A DNA stretch of 39,444 nt from Candidatus Aenigmatarchaeota archaeon (GTDB lineage Archaea > Aenigmatarchaeota > Aenigmatarchaeia > QMZP01 > QMZT01), in contig JAGMCY010000150.1 of the NCBI GenBank assembly GCA_023128965.1, positions 1 through 39,444 of the forward strand, written 5' to 3'. This document shows positions 29,213 to 37,683 of this stretch, piece after piece (position 1 is the first letter of the stretch; each line of letters opens with the position of its first letter). Made by a program: the position numbers and the translations under genes. Under the pieces are notes generated by a model. The model ran no database searches, was not told the DNA's origin, and saw nothing but the letters and a program-made list of their open reading frames with translations.

Positions 29213-30073
29213 TTAAAACATTGCTATCTCAAGCTGCCCGAGAAGCGAGAAAATCGTATACCCGATCACTATCAGAACTATGCTGTGTTTTAATCCTGCC
29301 ATTACCGAACCCTCTGCCATCTTACCCGTAGCCAGACCTGCGAAGAACCCTTGTATGAGTATGAAGTTTATGAAGGTCTGCGTGTAAAGTTCCGCGGGCA
29401 TGGTCGGGGTTGTTGCCGTTTCCCCCAGGGTGGGGGTCTCCATCGTCCCCAGGGCGGGTATCAGAAACGTCTTCAGAATCAGCAGGATGAAAATGAAAAT
29501 GAAAAATATCAGATAGGAGGTCACGAGTTGGGATTGAACCGAGACCGATCTCTCCTGCTTTATCTTGTTAATCTCGATCAGTGATTGGCCTATCGCCCTC
29601 AACGTATCCGAAATCTTCCCGCCCACCTTATAGGTTTCTATGATCGTGCTCACCGACCTCTTTAACGGCATTGAATTGACCTTTTCAGAGAACATCTTAA
29701 GCGCCTTTTCAAAGGGAATTCCCCACTCGACCTTGCTCTCTATTCCCTTTACGTATGGAGTTAGAGACCTGTAATCCTTTTTAGAGGCGTGTTTAAGAGC
29801 GATAGGCAACGTCATCCCGGAATCTATGGACCCCGTGAGGTCTGTTATGAAAACCACGAACTGCTCCTCTATCTCCTTGCGTATCTTGTACCTTTTATAG
29901 AAAATGAGAAAGGGCGGGACAATCGCTATCAAAGCTCCCAACACGTTTACAAGGGGCGATATGAAAGGGAAGATACCCGATATGAAAAAGAAGTTGAAGA
30001 CTAGCAGTACGACTCCAAATATCACGAAAAGGATTTCAAACACGAGAGCCCTTCCAAATTCCATCCTAAACAC
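29213..30073 (-). CDS. Type II secretion F-domain (TadC/ArlJ-like) pilus platform protein
   Basis: SGMTL-x-x-AL, WG-x-x-FEKAL, GG-x-ISD-x-L, GL-x-x-GKM-x-EG motifs; TM helices. Confidence 0.88.
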   Translation of the reverse strand: MFRMEFGRALVFEILFVIFGVVLLVFNFFFISGIFPFISPLVNVLGALIAIVPPFLIFYKRYKIRKEIEEQFVVFITDLTGSIDSGMTLPIALKHASKKDYRSLTPYVKGIESKVEWGIPFEKALKMFSEKVNSMPLKRSVSTIIETYKVGGKISDTLRAIGQSLIEINKIKQERSVSVQSQLVTSYLIFFIFIFILLILKTFLIPALGTMETPTLGETATTPTMPAELYTQTFINFILIQGFFAGLATGKMAEGSVMAGLKHSIVLIVIGYTIFSLLGQLEIAMF

Positions 30074-30944
30074 CAGGATACGTAATATGTATGAATATTA
30101 TGAAACCCGTGTTAAGCACGGGGAGCATGACCCACGTTATCAGCAACATCAATTCGTTTATTGTCAAACCCATCACAGTCCCCCCTATTATGCTCATCGT
30201 CGCTAGCAAGGAAAGCATCATGAGGGGAGCCGCGACTAGCAAAGCGGTGTAGATGTCGGCGTACGTTGATAACGTTTTCAAATACTTTTCCCTCTTGATC
30301 CTGTAATCGAACAACGCCTTGTCGGCCATCTGCCTGAGATATTCGACCATGTTCCCACCTGATTCTGTGGTTGAGACTATCCCGAGCAAGATATCCCTGA
30401 AATTCTGTGAGGGAGTCCGCTCCGCGATGTCTTTCAACGCATCCACTGAGCTCATCCCGAATGTTTTAATGTTCCTCATTATCAATTTCGAATCCTCTGT
30501 TATCTCCCCGTATTCCTCGAATCCAGTGAGTAGTTCGAAAATGAACTCCGTGGGTATTCCGGAAGAGGCGATTGCTGCCATGTGGGTTATAGCGAAGGGA
30601 AGGTTGTTTTCAATGGATTTCTTCCTTGCGTTCTCCCTCTGAACAGGATAAAGGTAAAGGATTATGAAAACTATCGAGGCAACGAACACGGGAAAGAAAA
30701 TAACACTGAATATGTATATGTAGAATTCGACCTCTATCAGGAACGTCAGGAAAACGAAAATGGAAATGAAGGAGACCACCAATGAAAGTAATGTCGTGAA
30801 GAAGAGCATACCGACCCAAGTTTTCAACAACACCTTCATATTCGCATTTCTTATGTGGGGCTCCAAAGGCTTAAAGGAATCGATATACTTCTCAATCAGA
30901 TCTCCGAAAAGAACAAGTGACAGTTTTTTGTAAAGTGATAGCAT
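30066..30944 (-). CDS. Type II secretion F-domain (TadB/TadC-like) pilus platform protein
   Basis: NLPFAITHMAAIASSG, YGEI, TPS-x-x-F, SGGN-x-x-EYL; TM helices. Confidence 0.88.
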   Translation of the reverse strand: MLSLYKKLSLVLFGDLIEKYIDSFKPLEPHIRNANMKVLLKTWVGMLFFTTLLSLVVSFISIFVFLTFLIEVEFYIYIFSVIFFPVFVASIVFIILYLYPVQRENARKKSIENNLPFAITHMAAIASSGIPTEFIFELLTGFEEYGEITEDSKLIMRNIKTFGMSSVDALKDIAERTPSQNFRDILLGIVSTTESGGNMVEYLRQMADKALFDYRIKREKYLKTLSTYADIYTALLVAAPLMMLSLLATMSIIGGTVMGLTINELMLLITWVMLPVLNTGFIIFIHITYPGV

Positions 30945-30982
30945 ATTAAAATATTATCCTTGCATATAAAATACTTCTTGAT

Positions 30983-30992
30983 AAACAAAAAG
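30983..30992 (-). terminator. Oligo-T tract after SRP RNA
   Basis: Minus strand CTTTTTGTTT immediately follows the 3' strand of helix 1. Confidence 0.5.
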
Positions 30993-31308
30993 GCAGAGAG
31001 CATGTTTACGGTAGACTTCACGAAAAACTGCAAGTTATCCAATTTACCTTCTCCACCCTGCAACCCCGCAAGCATCACAAACATGGCTTAGGGATGCTGT
31101 CTTTCGGGAAGGACACGCATTCTGCGTGTCAAACTTTCCAACCCTGACCCGGTTCACCATGGAAATGATCCCGCAGGACAAGGCTTCTCAGTTGGCAGAT
31201 CAGGCTTACAGTTTATTGCAAAGCCACCCGTAAACTACAACCGGCCATGAAGGCCATTTGCCACCCGAAGGTACGGTAGGCCTAGCCCCGTGGTTGGAGG
31301 CTCTCTGC
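30993..31308 (-). ncRNA. ffs: Signal recognition particle (7S) RNA, lacking helix 6, with an insertion in helix 8
   Basis: Terminal helix GCAGAGAGC/GCTCTCTGC; GGGCTAGGCC 5' motif; long helix 5 (GTTTACGG/CCGTAAAC; CTTGTCCTGCGGG...TGCGGGGTTGCAGGG); helix 8 GAACCGGGTCAGG-GTT-GGAA...GAC-AGCA; sits in an intergenic gap. Confidence 0.88.
31102..31135 (-). other. Putative 34-nt BHB-type intron in SRP RNA helix 8
   Basis: AGTTTGACACGCAGAATGCGTGTCCTTCCCGAAA lies between GGAA and GAC; central helix TTGG/CCGA flanked by AA^A and AA^G. Confidence 0.65.
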
Positions 31309-31330
31309 ATTTAATAATCCGATAAGATGG

Positions 31331-31338
31331 ATTTAAAT
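31331..31338 (-). promoter_or_regulatory. TATA box of the SRP RNA gene
   Basis: ATTTAAAT 23-30 nt upstream of the SRP RNA 5' end, with A-rich BRE-like sequence before it. Confidence 0.5.
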
Positions 31339-31414
31339 TATTTAGGTCGGGCACATTCCCCTCAAAAAGATAATATAAAACTTAAAAAACAATTATATAC
31401 CGATTGGTGTCAGC

Positions 31415-32224
31415 ATGTACAGATACAGAAGACCACAAAAAAGAAGGAGAAGGCTGAGGACACTGAGTTATCTGATTTTTGCAATGCTCGTGTTTTTGCT
31501 CGGATATTACATAGGGGGGATGAACGAAACAATCGTTATATATCACAATGAGACGAGACCTTTGAATATCGTGACTTATATCCCTTATCTCGTTAACGAG
31601 TCTTATTCAAACGTTTCGTATGCCTCTATAATAATCCCGGCTGTTGACGAGGAAGGAAACGGATTGACCACTGTGCTCACGGTCCAGGCAATCCCGGGGG
31701 AGGGAAGAGTTCTCGCGAACATAGACAGGCTGCTTTTCTGGACAGACACGCAGAATTCAATTCGAACCTCAAGCAAGGTCGCCTCGAACATAACGGGGAT
31801 AGACCTCTCGAATTACGACATAATATACACGATAAAGACGAATGCAACCGCTGTCGAAGGCCCCTCAGCAGGAGCTGCCCTGACAATCGCAACCATCGCA
31901 GCCCTTGAACACAAGAGGATCGACCCAAAGGTTCTGATAACCGGAGCGGTAAACCATGACGGTACGATAGGGCCTGTAGGACAGATATTACCCAAGGCAG
32001 AAGCTGCGAAAGATATCGGGGCAAGACTGTTCCTCGTCCCCCTCTTACAATCACAGGAAGTGACGTACAAAACGAGTAGATATTGCGAGCAGATAGGCCC
32101 AGCCCAGATATGCACGACAGAAAAGGTCCCGAAAAAAGTGAACATTTCCGAGGAAGCAGGGATAGAGGTCGTGGAAGTGGAGAATATTCAGGAAGCTTTG
32201 GAATATTTCTTGGTCGAGGAATGA
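31415..32224 (+). CDS. Membrane-anchored S16 (Lon-like) protease domain without ATPase
   Basis: N-terminal TM; EGPSAGAA catalytic Ser; TG-x-V-x-x-DGTIGPVG; KAEAA catalytic Lys. Confidence 0.85.
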   Translation: MYRYRRPQKRRRRLRTLSYLIFAMLVFLLGYYIGGMNETIVIYHNETRPLNIVTYIPYLVNESYSNVSYASIIIPAVDEEGNGLTTVLTVQAIPGEGRVLANIDRLLFWTDTQNSIRTSSKVASNITGIDLSNYDIIYTIKTNATAVEGPSAGAALTIATIAALEHKRIDPKVLITGAVNHDGTIGPVGQILPKAEAAKDIGARLFLVPLLQSQEVTYKTSRYCEQIGPAQICTTEKVPKKVNISEEAGIEVVEVENIQEALEYFLVEE

Positions 32225-32225
32225 C

Positions 32226-32987
32226 ATGATCGACATACATGCGCATCTATGTTTTGGCGACTATGACAAGGACCTGGATGAGGTTATAGCAAAGTGTAAA
32301 GAAGAACTAGCGGGCGTTATAGTAGGGACTGCAAGATATGAGGAGGGGATGAAAGCTCTCTCCACCGTTAGCAAACATCCTGGCTTCTTGTTTCCCACAC
32401 TCGGTTTCCACCCGACAGAAGGAGGGAAGGACCCCGAAAAGATCATGGAACTGATAAAATCCAATTCCGGAAAAATCGTAGGGGTGGGAGAGGTCGGATT
32501 AGATTACCACTGGGAGAAAGACCAGGAGAAACAAAGAATCCAGAAGGAGAGATTTTCGAAATTCATCGAACTTGCGGAGAAGCTCTCGAAACCCCTGGTA
32601 ATACACTCCTGGGACGCGGAAAGCGAATGTTTCGAGATGGTAAAGAATTCGAAAGTGAAAGTAATATTCCACTGTTTTTCAGGGAGGAGAGAGTTAGCGA
32701 AAGAAATAGTTTCCCGCGGTTTCTACATTTCGATCTCCACTCAGGTTCTCTTCTCTAAAAACATCCGAAAGATCGCGAAAGACATGCCCTTGGACAAGCT
32801 CCTTCTAGAAACGGATTCCCCCTTCCTTTCCCCGGACAAGGAGAAGGACCCGAGAAACTATCCCTGGAACATAAAGCTGTCCGCTGAGAAGATCGCTGAG
32901 ATAAAAAATATTTCGAAAGAGGAGATTCTTGAGAAAGCCAAGGAAAACGCGATCCGTGTTTTTGATTTAAAAATAGCACGGGCATAA
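32226..32987 (+). CDS. tatD: TatD-family nuclease
   Basis: DIHAH, GFHP, GEVGLDY, IHS, HCFSG, LETDSP. Confidence 0.93.
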   Translation: MIDIHAHLCFGDYDKDLDEVIAKCKEELAGVIVGTARYEEGMKALSTVSKHPGFLFPTLGFHPTEGGKDPEKIMELIKSNSGKIVGVGEVGLDYHWEKDQEKQRIQKERFSKFIELAEKLSKPLVIHSWDAESECFEMVKNSKVKVIFHCFSGRRELAKEIVSRGFYISISTQVLFSKNIRKIAKDMPLDKLLLETDSPFLSPDKEKDPRNYPWNIKLSAEKIAEIKNISKEEILEKAKENAIRVFDLKIARA

Positions 32988-32995
32988 TTGGTATT

Positions 32996-34159
32996 ATGAT
33001 AAGGGACATAGCTGTTAAAATATTGAATTCAGGATATGTCTGCGATTCCTGCTTGGGCAGGCAGTTCGCAAAATTGCTCAGGGGATACTCCAACCAGGAA
33101 AGGGGGAGGATAATACGTGACTTCCTCGCGATGGAGTATGAAGCGAAAAAAATCAAGGCAGATCCAGCGAATTTCGAAAAAGGGGAAAGATGTGTTGTTT
33201 GTGAAGATATACTGGATAACTTACCGAAATTCGCGGAGGAAATACTGAAAAAACTTAAGAAAATGGAATTCGAAACTTTTTTGGTCGGGGTGAAGATGAG
33301 TGATTCGCTCGTCATGAATGAGGAGGCGCTTTGGGAGAAGATGGGCATGAAATACTCTGAACCGATAAAATCCGAGATAAACAGAGAACTTGGAAAGATG
33401 ATAGCCGAGGGAGCAGGGAAAACGGCAGATCAAGAAAAACCCGATATCCTGATAATCTTTGACCTCGAGAAAAGAGAAACGGAGATTTTTTCGAACTCGC
33501 TTTTCGTTTACGGGGAATACAAGAAATTCGCTCGCGGCCTCCCGCAGACGAAATCCCCCCGCTACAAACAAACGGTCCAGGATATCATAGCGAAGCCTTT
33601 CATGAAAGTCACTTCAGCTTCTTCCCATGTTCTCCACGCCCTGGGAAGGGAAGAGAAGGAGGCGAGATGTCTGGTCTGGAGGCCTTTCATCCTTGAACTC
33701 AAGCAGCCGATAAAGAGGAAGGTGGATACGGAAAGGATAAAAAAGGAAATAAACATGCGAAAGAAAATCAAGGTCAGAGGGCTTCGAATTTCCGACAAGA
33801 AGAAGGTCTCGCTTTTGAAATCAAAAAGACCTTTCAAGGTTTACAGGGTTGTTGTTGATTTCGAGAGAAAGGTCGACAAAGCGGAAAACGTTAAGAAATT
33901 GGTAGGCGTTATCAAACAGAGAACCCCGAAGAGGACATTGACTTCGAAACCCGACAAAACAAAGAATAAAAAGGTTAAAAGTATAAAATGGAAAATGATT
34001 AATAATAAAAGATACATATTCGAAATAATAGCTGAATCGGGTATGTACCTCAAAGAACTGGTTTCCGGGGACTCGGGAAGAACGAGTCCGTCAATTTCGA
34101 AAGTACTCGGGAATCAAGCGGAGGTTCGGGAATTCGATCTGATAGGTCTTGAGGATTGA
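32996..34159 (+). CDS. pus10: tRNA pseudouridine(54/55) synthase Pus10 homolog, possibly inactive
   Basis: CxxCLGRQF and CxxC, IKSEINRELGK, G-x-Y-x-K-x-x-RGLPQT, YLKELVSGDSGRTSPS; conserved synteny with rpl21e; catalytic GREDxD reads GREEKE. Confidence 0.9.
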   Translation: MIRDIAVKILNSGYVCDSCLGRQFAKLLRGYSNQERGRIIRDFLAMEYEAKKIKADPANFEKGERCVVCEDILDNLPKFAEEILKKLKKMEFETFLVGVKMSDSLVMNEEALWEKMGMKYSEPIKSEINRELGKMIAEGAGKTADQEKPDILIIFDLEKRETEIFSNSLFVYGEYKKFARGLPQTKSPRYKQTVQDIIAKPFMKVTSASSHVLHALGREEKEARCLVWRPFILELKQPIKRKVDTERIKKEINMRKKIKVRGLRISDKKKVSLLKSKRPFKVYRVVVDFERKVDKAENVKKLVGVIKQRTPKRTLTSKPDKTKNKKVKSIKWKMINNKRYIFEIIAESGMYLKELVSGDSGRTSPSISKVLGNQAEVREFDLIGLED

Positions 34160-34164
34160 TAGAT

Positions 34165-34452
34165 ATGGTGAAGGCAAGCAAGGGATTCCGAAGGTCGACA
34201 AGAAGGAAGCTCAAGAAAAAAATCAGGCAGAAGTTTAAAGTCACGCCTTACCTCAAGGAATTCAGATCAAAGGATAAGGTGGTTATAAAGATCGACCCCT
34301 CTTCCCAAAAAGGCATGCCGTTCCCCAAGTTCAAGGGAATGATTGGGGAAGTTAAGGAGAAAAGGGGGAACGCGTACGTAATTAAAATCACGGTCGGCAA
34401 GAAAATAAAAGAGGTGATAGCAAGGCCAGAGCATCTGGTCTTGAAGGGATAG
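34165..34452 (+). CDS. rpl21e: 50S ribosomal protein L21e
   Basis: SKGFRRSTR, IDPS-x-x-KGMP-x-x-KFKG, RPEHL. Confidence 0.96.
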   Translation: MVKASKGFRRSTRRKLKKKIRQKFKVTPYLKEFRSKDKVVIKIDPSSQKGMPFPKFKGMIGEVKEKRGNAYVIKITVGKKIKEVIARPEHLVLKG

Positions 34453-34460
34453 GTGGTGAT

Positions 34461-34787
34461 ATGGATATTGAAGACGAGAAAGCGGTTAGCTGGCTTGATG
34501 CCAAGAAGATTTTGATGGAAAAGGAAAAAAACAAAGAACTTGTTTATGAGCAGAAAAACGCCCTTGAGCATTTGAGAAAATTCTGCAAGCTTCCTGAAAA
34601 GAAATACGGGAAAATGCTCGAGGAATTGAGAAAGATTGAAAAGCTCAAGGACAAACACATAGCAAGTATCATAAATTTCATCCCTGAGACTCAGGACGAG
34701 TTAAGGGTTTTGTTCGCGAACGAGAGAGTTGTCTTAACCGATGACGATAAGAAAAAGATTCTGAAGATAGTCAAGGAGAACAAATAG
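34461..34787 (+). CDS. rpoF: RNA polymerase subunit Rpo4/F
   Basis: EL-x-YEQ-x-x-ALEHL-x-KF, P-x-T-x-DELR; canonical position after rpl21e. Confidence 0.92.
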   Translation: MDIEDEKAVSWLDAKKILMEKEKNKELVYEQKNALEHLRKFCKLPEKKYGKMLEELRKIEKLKDKHIASIINFIPETQDELRVLFANERVVLTDDDKKKILKIVKENK

Positions 34788-34831
34788 CATTTTATAAAGA
34801 TAATTTCTTTATTATAATCAGGCTGGTTAGG

Positions 34832-35401
34832 ATGAAAAAGGACATGAAAAAGGACGAATGGGCAATAGTTCTAGACTACCTCCCGCACGGGTATTACGGG
34901 ATGCGCATATCCCAACCCGTTTCCCAAGTTCTTGGAGAGGAATACTTTTCCTTGCTCGAGGTTATAGTCAGGGAGGGGGTTCACCTGAAGGTAGGAATGC
35001 GGGTCTACATAGGGGACGGGAAGAGGGAGGAAGTTAAATTCATCAAGAGGAGGATAGATTTCAAAGACTTAACAGCAGCCGCTAAAGAAGAGGTATCAGA
35101 TATAGTTGAAGATATGGTGAAGTCAAATCCAAAGAAGTTCCTTGAATTCTTCAACAGGGCATGTCCTATAACCACCCGATTACATCAGTTAGAACTCCTT
35201 CCGGGCATAGGCAAAAAACACCTTTGGGCTATAATAGCTACCAAGAAGGAGAAGGAATTCGAGAGTTTTGATGACCTTAAAAAGCGTGTCAGCATGCTCC
35301 CTGATCCTGAAAAGATGATCATAAAGAGGATACTCGAAGAACTGGAGGACAAGGACAAATACAGGATATTCGTTCCGAGATTTGAGAAATCCCAAAGATA
35401 A
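34832..35401 (+). CDS. DUF655 predicted RNA-binding HhH protein
   Basis: VLDYLPHG, F-x-LLE, FFN-x-A-x-PITTRLHQLELLPGIGKK; canonical position after rpoF. Confidence 0.9.
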   Translation: MKKDMKKDEWAIVLDYLPHGYYGMRISQPVSQVLGEEYFSLLEVIVREGVHLKVGMRVYIGDGKREEVKFIKRRIDFKDLTAAAKEEVSDIVEDMVKSNPKKFLEFFNRACPITTRLHQLELLPGIGKKHLWAIIATKKEKEFESFDDLKKRVSMLPDPEKMIIKRILEELEDKDKYRIFVPRFEKSQR

Positions 35402-36940
35402 TTATTTTCTAATCAATTTAAGAACGTTTTCCGGATCCTTGTAATAATCCGATATCACCCTTCCGACCTTGTCTATGTCCTTTATTTCGTTTTCGACCAG
35501 CCATAACAGTATGCTCTTTTTTTCTTCGAGATTATTTCTTATCTCGCTGTCACCCATTCCAGAAAAAAGCTTTATGTCGTTCCATATCCTGTTCGATTTC
35601 CCCCATTCCATAATCCTGTCCTTGGAGGGAACCCACCTGAATATGTTGTTAAGTTCGATTTTCATCTCAGCGAGGCCCCCGGAAGGTATGAGCTCTGATA
35701 CCTCCAAAACCCTCCTTATGTTCTTCCTCCTGTCCCTGTGCATGACAGCTATCAACTGAAGTGACGTTAGTAAGGAAATAGGGATGTTTATCGGGGGGTT
35801 TATCAATCGTTTCAGGGTTTCCTCCGCCGTGTTCGCGTGCAGCGTTGAGTATACGGAATGCCCTGTGTTTATCGCCTCAAAAAGGACTTCGGCTTCCTTC
35901 GATCTCCTTATCTCCCCGACTATCATCCTGTCAGGCCTCATTCTGAGGGCGTTGATCATCAGCTGGAGCATCGTTACTTCTCCCTTACCTTCAATATTGG
36001 GTGGTCTTGTGGTGAGCGGGATCCAGTGGAGGAAGTGGGGAAGCTGGATTTCCCTTGTGTCCTCGATCGAAATAATCCGTTGGGTTGGGGGTATGAACAT
36101 GGTCAGTACGTTGAGGAACGAGGTTTTCCCTGAGGCAGTCCCCCCCGTGCATACGATGTTCATCTCAAACTGTATCGCTAACCAAAGGAAAGCAGCCACT
36201 TCGGGTGATATGGTTTTGGTCTCTATAAAATCAGTTATGGTCCAGGGTCTTCTGGCGAACTTCCTTATGGTCAGCGTGTTACCTTTTGATGATATGGGGA
36301 ACAAAGTCGCGTTCGCTCGATCCCCCGTCGTTAAATACGCGTCCATTAAGGGATCGAGGTTCGTTATCTGCGTTCCTACCCTCCTCCCTATCTGGGCTGC
36401 GTAATTGAAAACCCTCGCTTCATCCCCAATGATGATACTCGTTTTCAGCCACCCGAATGTTCTGTGATAGACCCATACGGGCTCCTTGGAATTGTTTATC
36501 ACTATTTCCTCAAGCCCGTTGTCCTTGAGCATGAATTCTATCGGCCCAAGACCGAGGGATTCCTGGGAGAGGATTCCGACAAGTATGCCCACATCACTCT
36601 TTGGTAGACTGGGAAGCTCCTGTTCAATGAGATTCGTCGCCTTGTCTATGAACGCCTTCTTTACATCGCCACTTTCCTCCGGACTCAGTATGTCTTCCGT
36701 ACGGAATGCGAGTTCTGTAACAATCTTCTCCCTCACAGAATCGAGAACAGCTCTTGTCGCTTCTTCTATTTTCGGATACTTGAGATCGTAGATTGGGACG
36801 TATTCATTAGGGTCCTGACAAATCTTCACACTGGCAACAACGTTATGATAGTCAATTTCATATTCCTCTAAAACCTTCTGCGGACTTTCCGGTTTCTTCA
36901 CGTCCTTTTTGACAACTTTCTTGGATTTCCTTTTAGCCAT
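35402..36940 (-). CDS. Type II/IV secretion ATPase, CpaF/TadA family
   Basis: GGTASGKTS, SIEDTRE, LRMRPDRMIVGEIR, TGHSVYSTLHA. Confidence 0.93.
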   Translation of the reverse strand: MAKRKSKKVVKKDVKKPESPQKVLEEYEIDYHNVVASVKICQDPNEYVPIYDLKYPKIEEATRAVLDSVREKIVTELAFRTEDILSPEESGDVKKAFIDKATNLIEQELPSLPKSDVGILVGILSQESLGLGPIEFMLKDNGLEEIVINNSKEPVWVYHRTFGWLKTSIIIGDEARVFNYAAQIGRRVGTQITNLDPLMDAYLTTGDRANATLFPISSKGNTLTIRKFARRPWTITDFIETKTISPEVAAFLWLAIQFEMNIVCTGGTASGKTSFLNVLTMFIPPTQRIISIEDTREIQLPHFLHWIPLTTRPPNIEGKGEVTMLQLMINALRMRPDRMIVGEIRRSKEAEVLFEAINTGHSVYSTLHANTAEETLKRLINPPINIPISLLTSLQLIAVMHRDRRKNIRRVLEVSELIPSGGLAEMKIELNNIFRWVPSKDRIMEWGKSNRIWNDIKLFSGMGDSEIRNNLEEKKSILLWLVENEIKDIDKVGRVISDYYKDPENVLKLIRK

Positions 36941-37683
36941 TATCTCCTTCTCCTTTTAATTAACATCAGAATTACAACAATCCCTATAATTATTATAATT
37001 ATTGCAACTAAATAAGCTTGTTCATAGGAGATTCGAACGACCGGCATTTTGATGAAGTTTATTATCTCCATAATAAAAAACCGTATTTTATTAGGGAATA
37101 TAACAAACACTATAAACCCTAAGAGTATGAGAAGGTTGATGATGAAAACCTTTCGACTGGGTTTCAACTTTTTCCTTTTCTCCAGCTTCTTTACCTCTTT
37201 AACTCCAGATTTGAATTTTTTCAGTATGAGGACGGGTTCTCCGATAGGGGGGTAATGGAGTTTTATGAGCTTGTGCTCTTCAAGTATCCTTCCCCATCTC
37301 TCTACATGTTCAACTCTGATTCCTAATTTCTTAGAGGCATCATTTACCTTTAAAATCCCTTTGTCCCTAATCAGTTCGTAGAGTTTGTCAACGTCCGTTT
37401 CTAATACTTCTTTCACTTTCGTGCCCGATTTCTTAGCATGGGATTTGACCTTTTTACCTGGAGAATCACCCTTCTCGCTTTTCGCTTCCTCGCCGGAATC
37501 AGATATCGATTTCCCCTTCAGCTCTTTGATAAAAGTTTCGGTATCTTTCGAAAACGGTTTGACCCTTTCCCTTGGGGAATCTGTGTATTCCGAATTCTTA
37601 CTTACTTTTTTTTGCACCTTCTTTTTATCGTCATCCTGATTCACATACCCATTTTCTTGGTCTTTGTCCATATCAACATCCAT
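36940..37683 (-). CDS. Membrane protein with charged N-terminus, wHTH-like domain and two C-terminal TM helices
   Basis: LETDVDKLYELIRDKG...ASKKLG...VERWGRILEE; TM segments ending KRRRR; TAATG coupling to the ATPase. Confidence 0.65.
   Translation of the reverse strand: MDVDMDKDQENGYVNQDDDKKKVQKKVSKNSEYTDSPRERVKPFSKDTETFIKELKGKSISDSGEEAKSEKGDSPGKKVKSHAKKSGTKVKEVLETDVDKLYELIRDKGILKVNDASKKLGIRVEHVERWGRILEEHKLIKLHYPPIGEPVLILKKFKSGVKEVKKLEKRKKLKPSRKVFIINLLILLGFIVFVIFPNKIRFFIMEIINFIKMPVVRISYEQAYLVAIIIIIIGIVVILMLIKRRRR

Noticed and set aside
31236..31299. Second intron in the SRP Alu region
   Set aside because: Several GGCC pairings are possible, but none gave a convincing 4-bp helix with two 3-nt bulges
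30993..31308. RNase P RNA as the identity of the 316-nt structured RNA
   Set aside because: No GAGGAA-type CR-I or ACAGAA CR-V/P4 elements on either strand; SRP helix 8 and helix 5 motifs fit on the minus strand
31327..31551. 74-aa ORF (also the 62-aa ORF at 30896-31084)
   Set aside because: They overlap the SRP RNA gene or its promoter and neighbouring genes, and show no recognisable motifs
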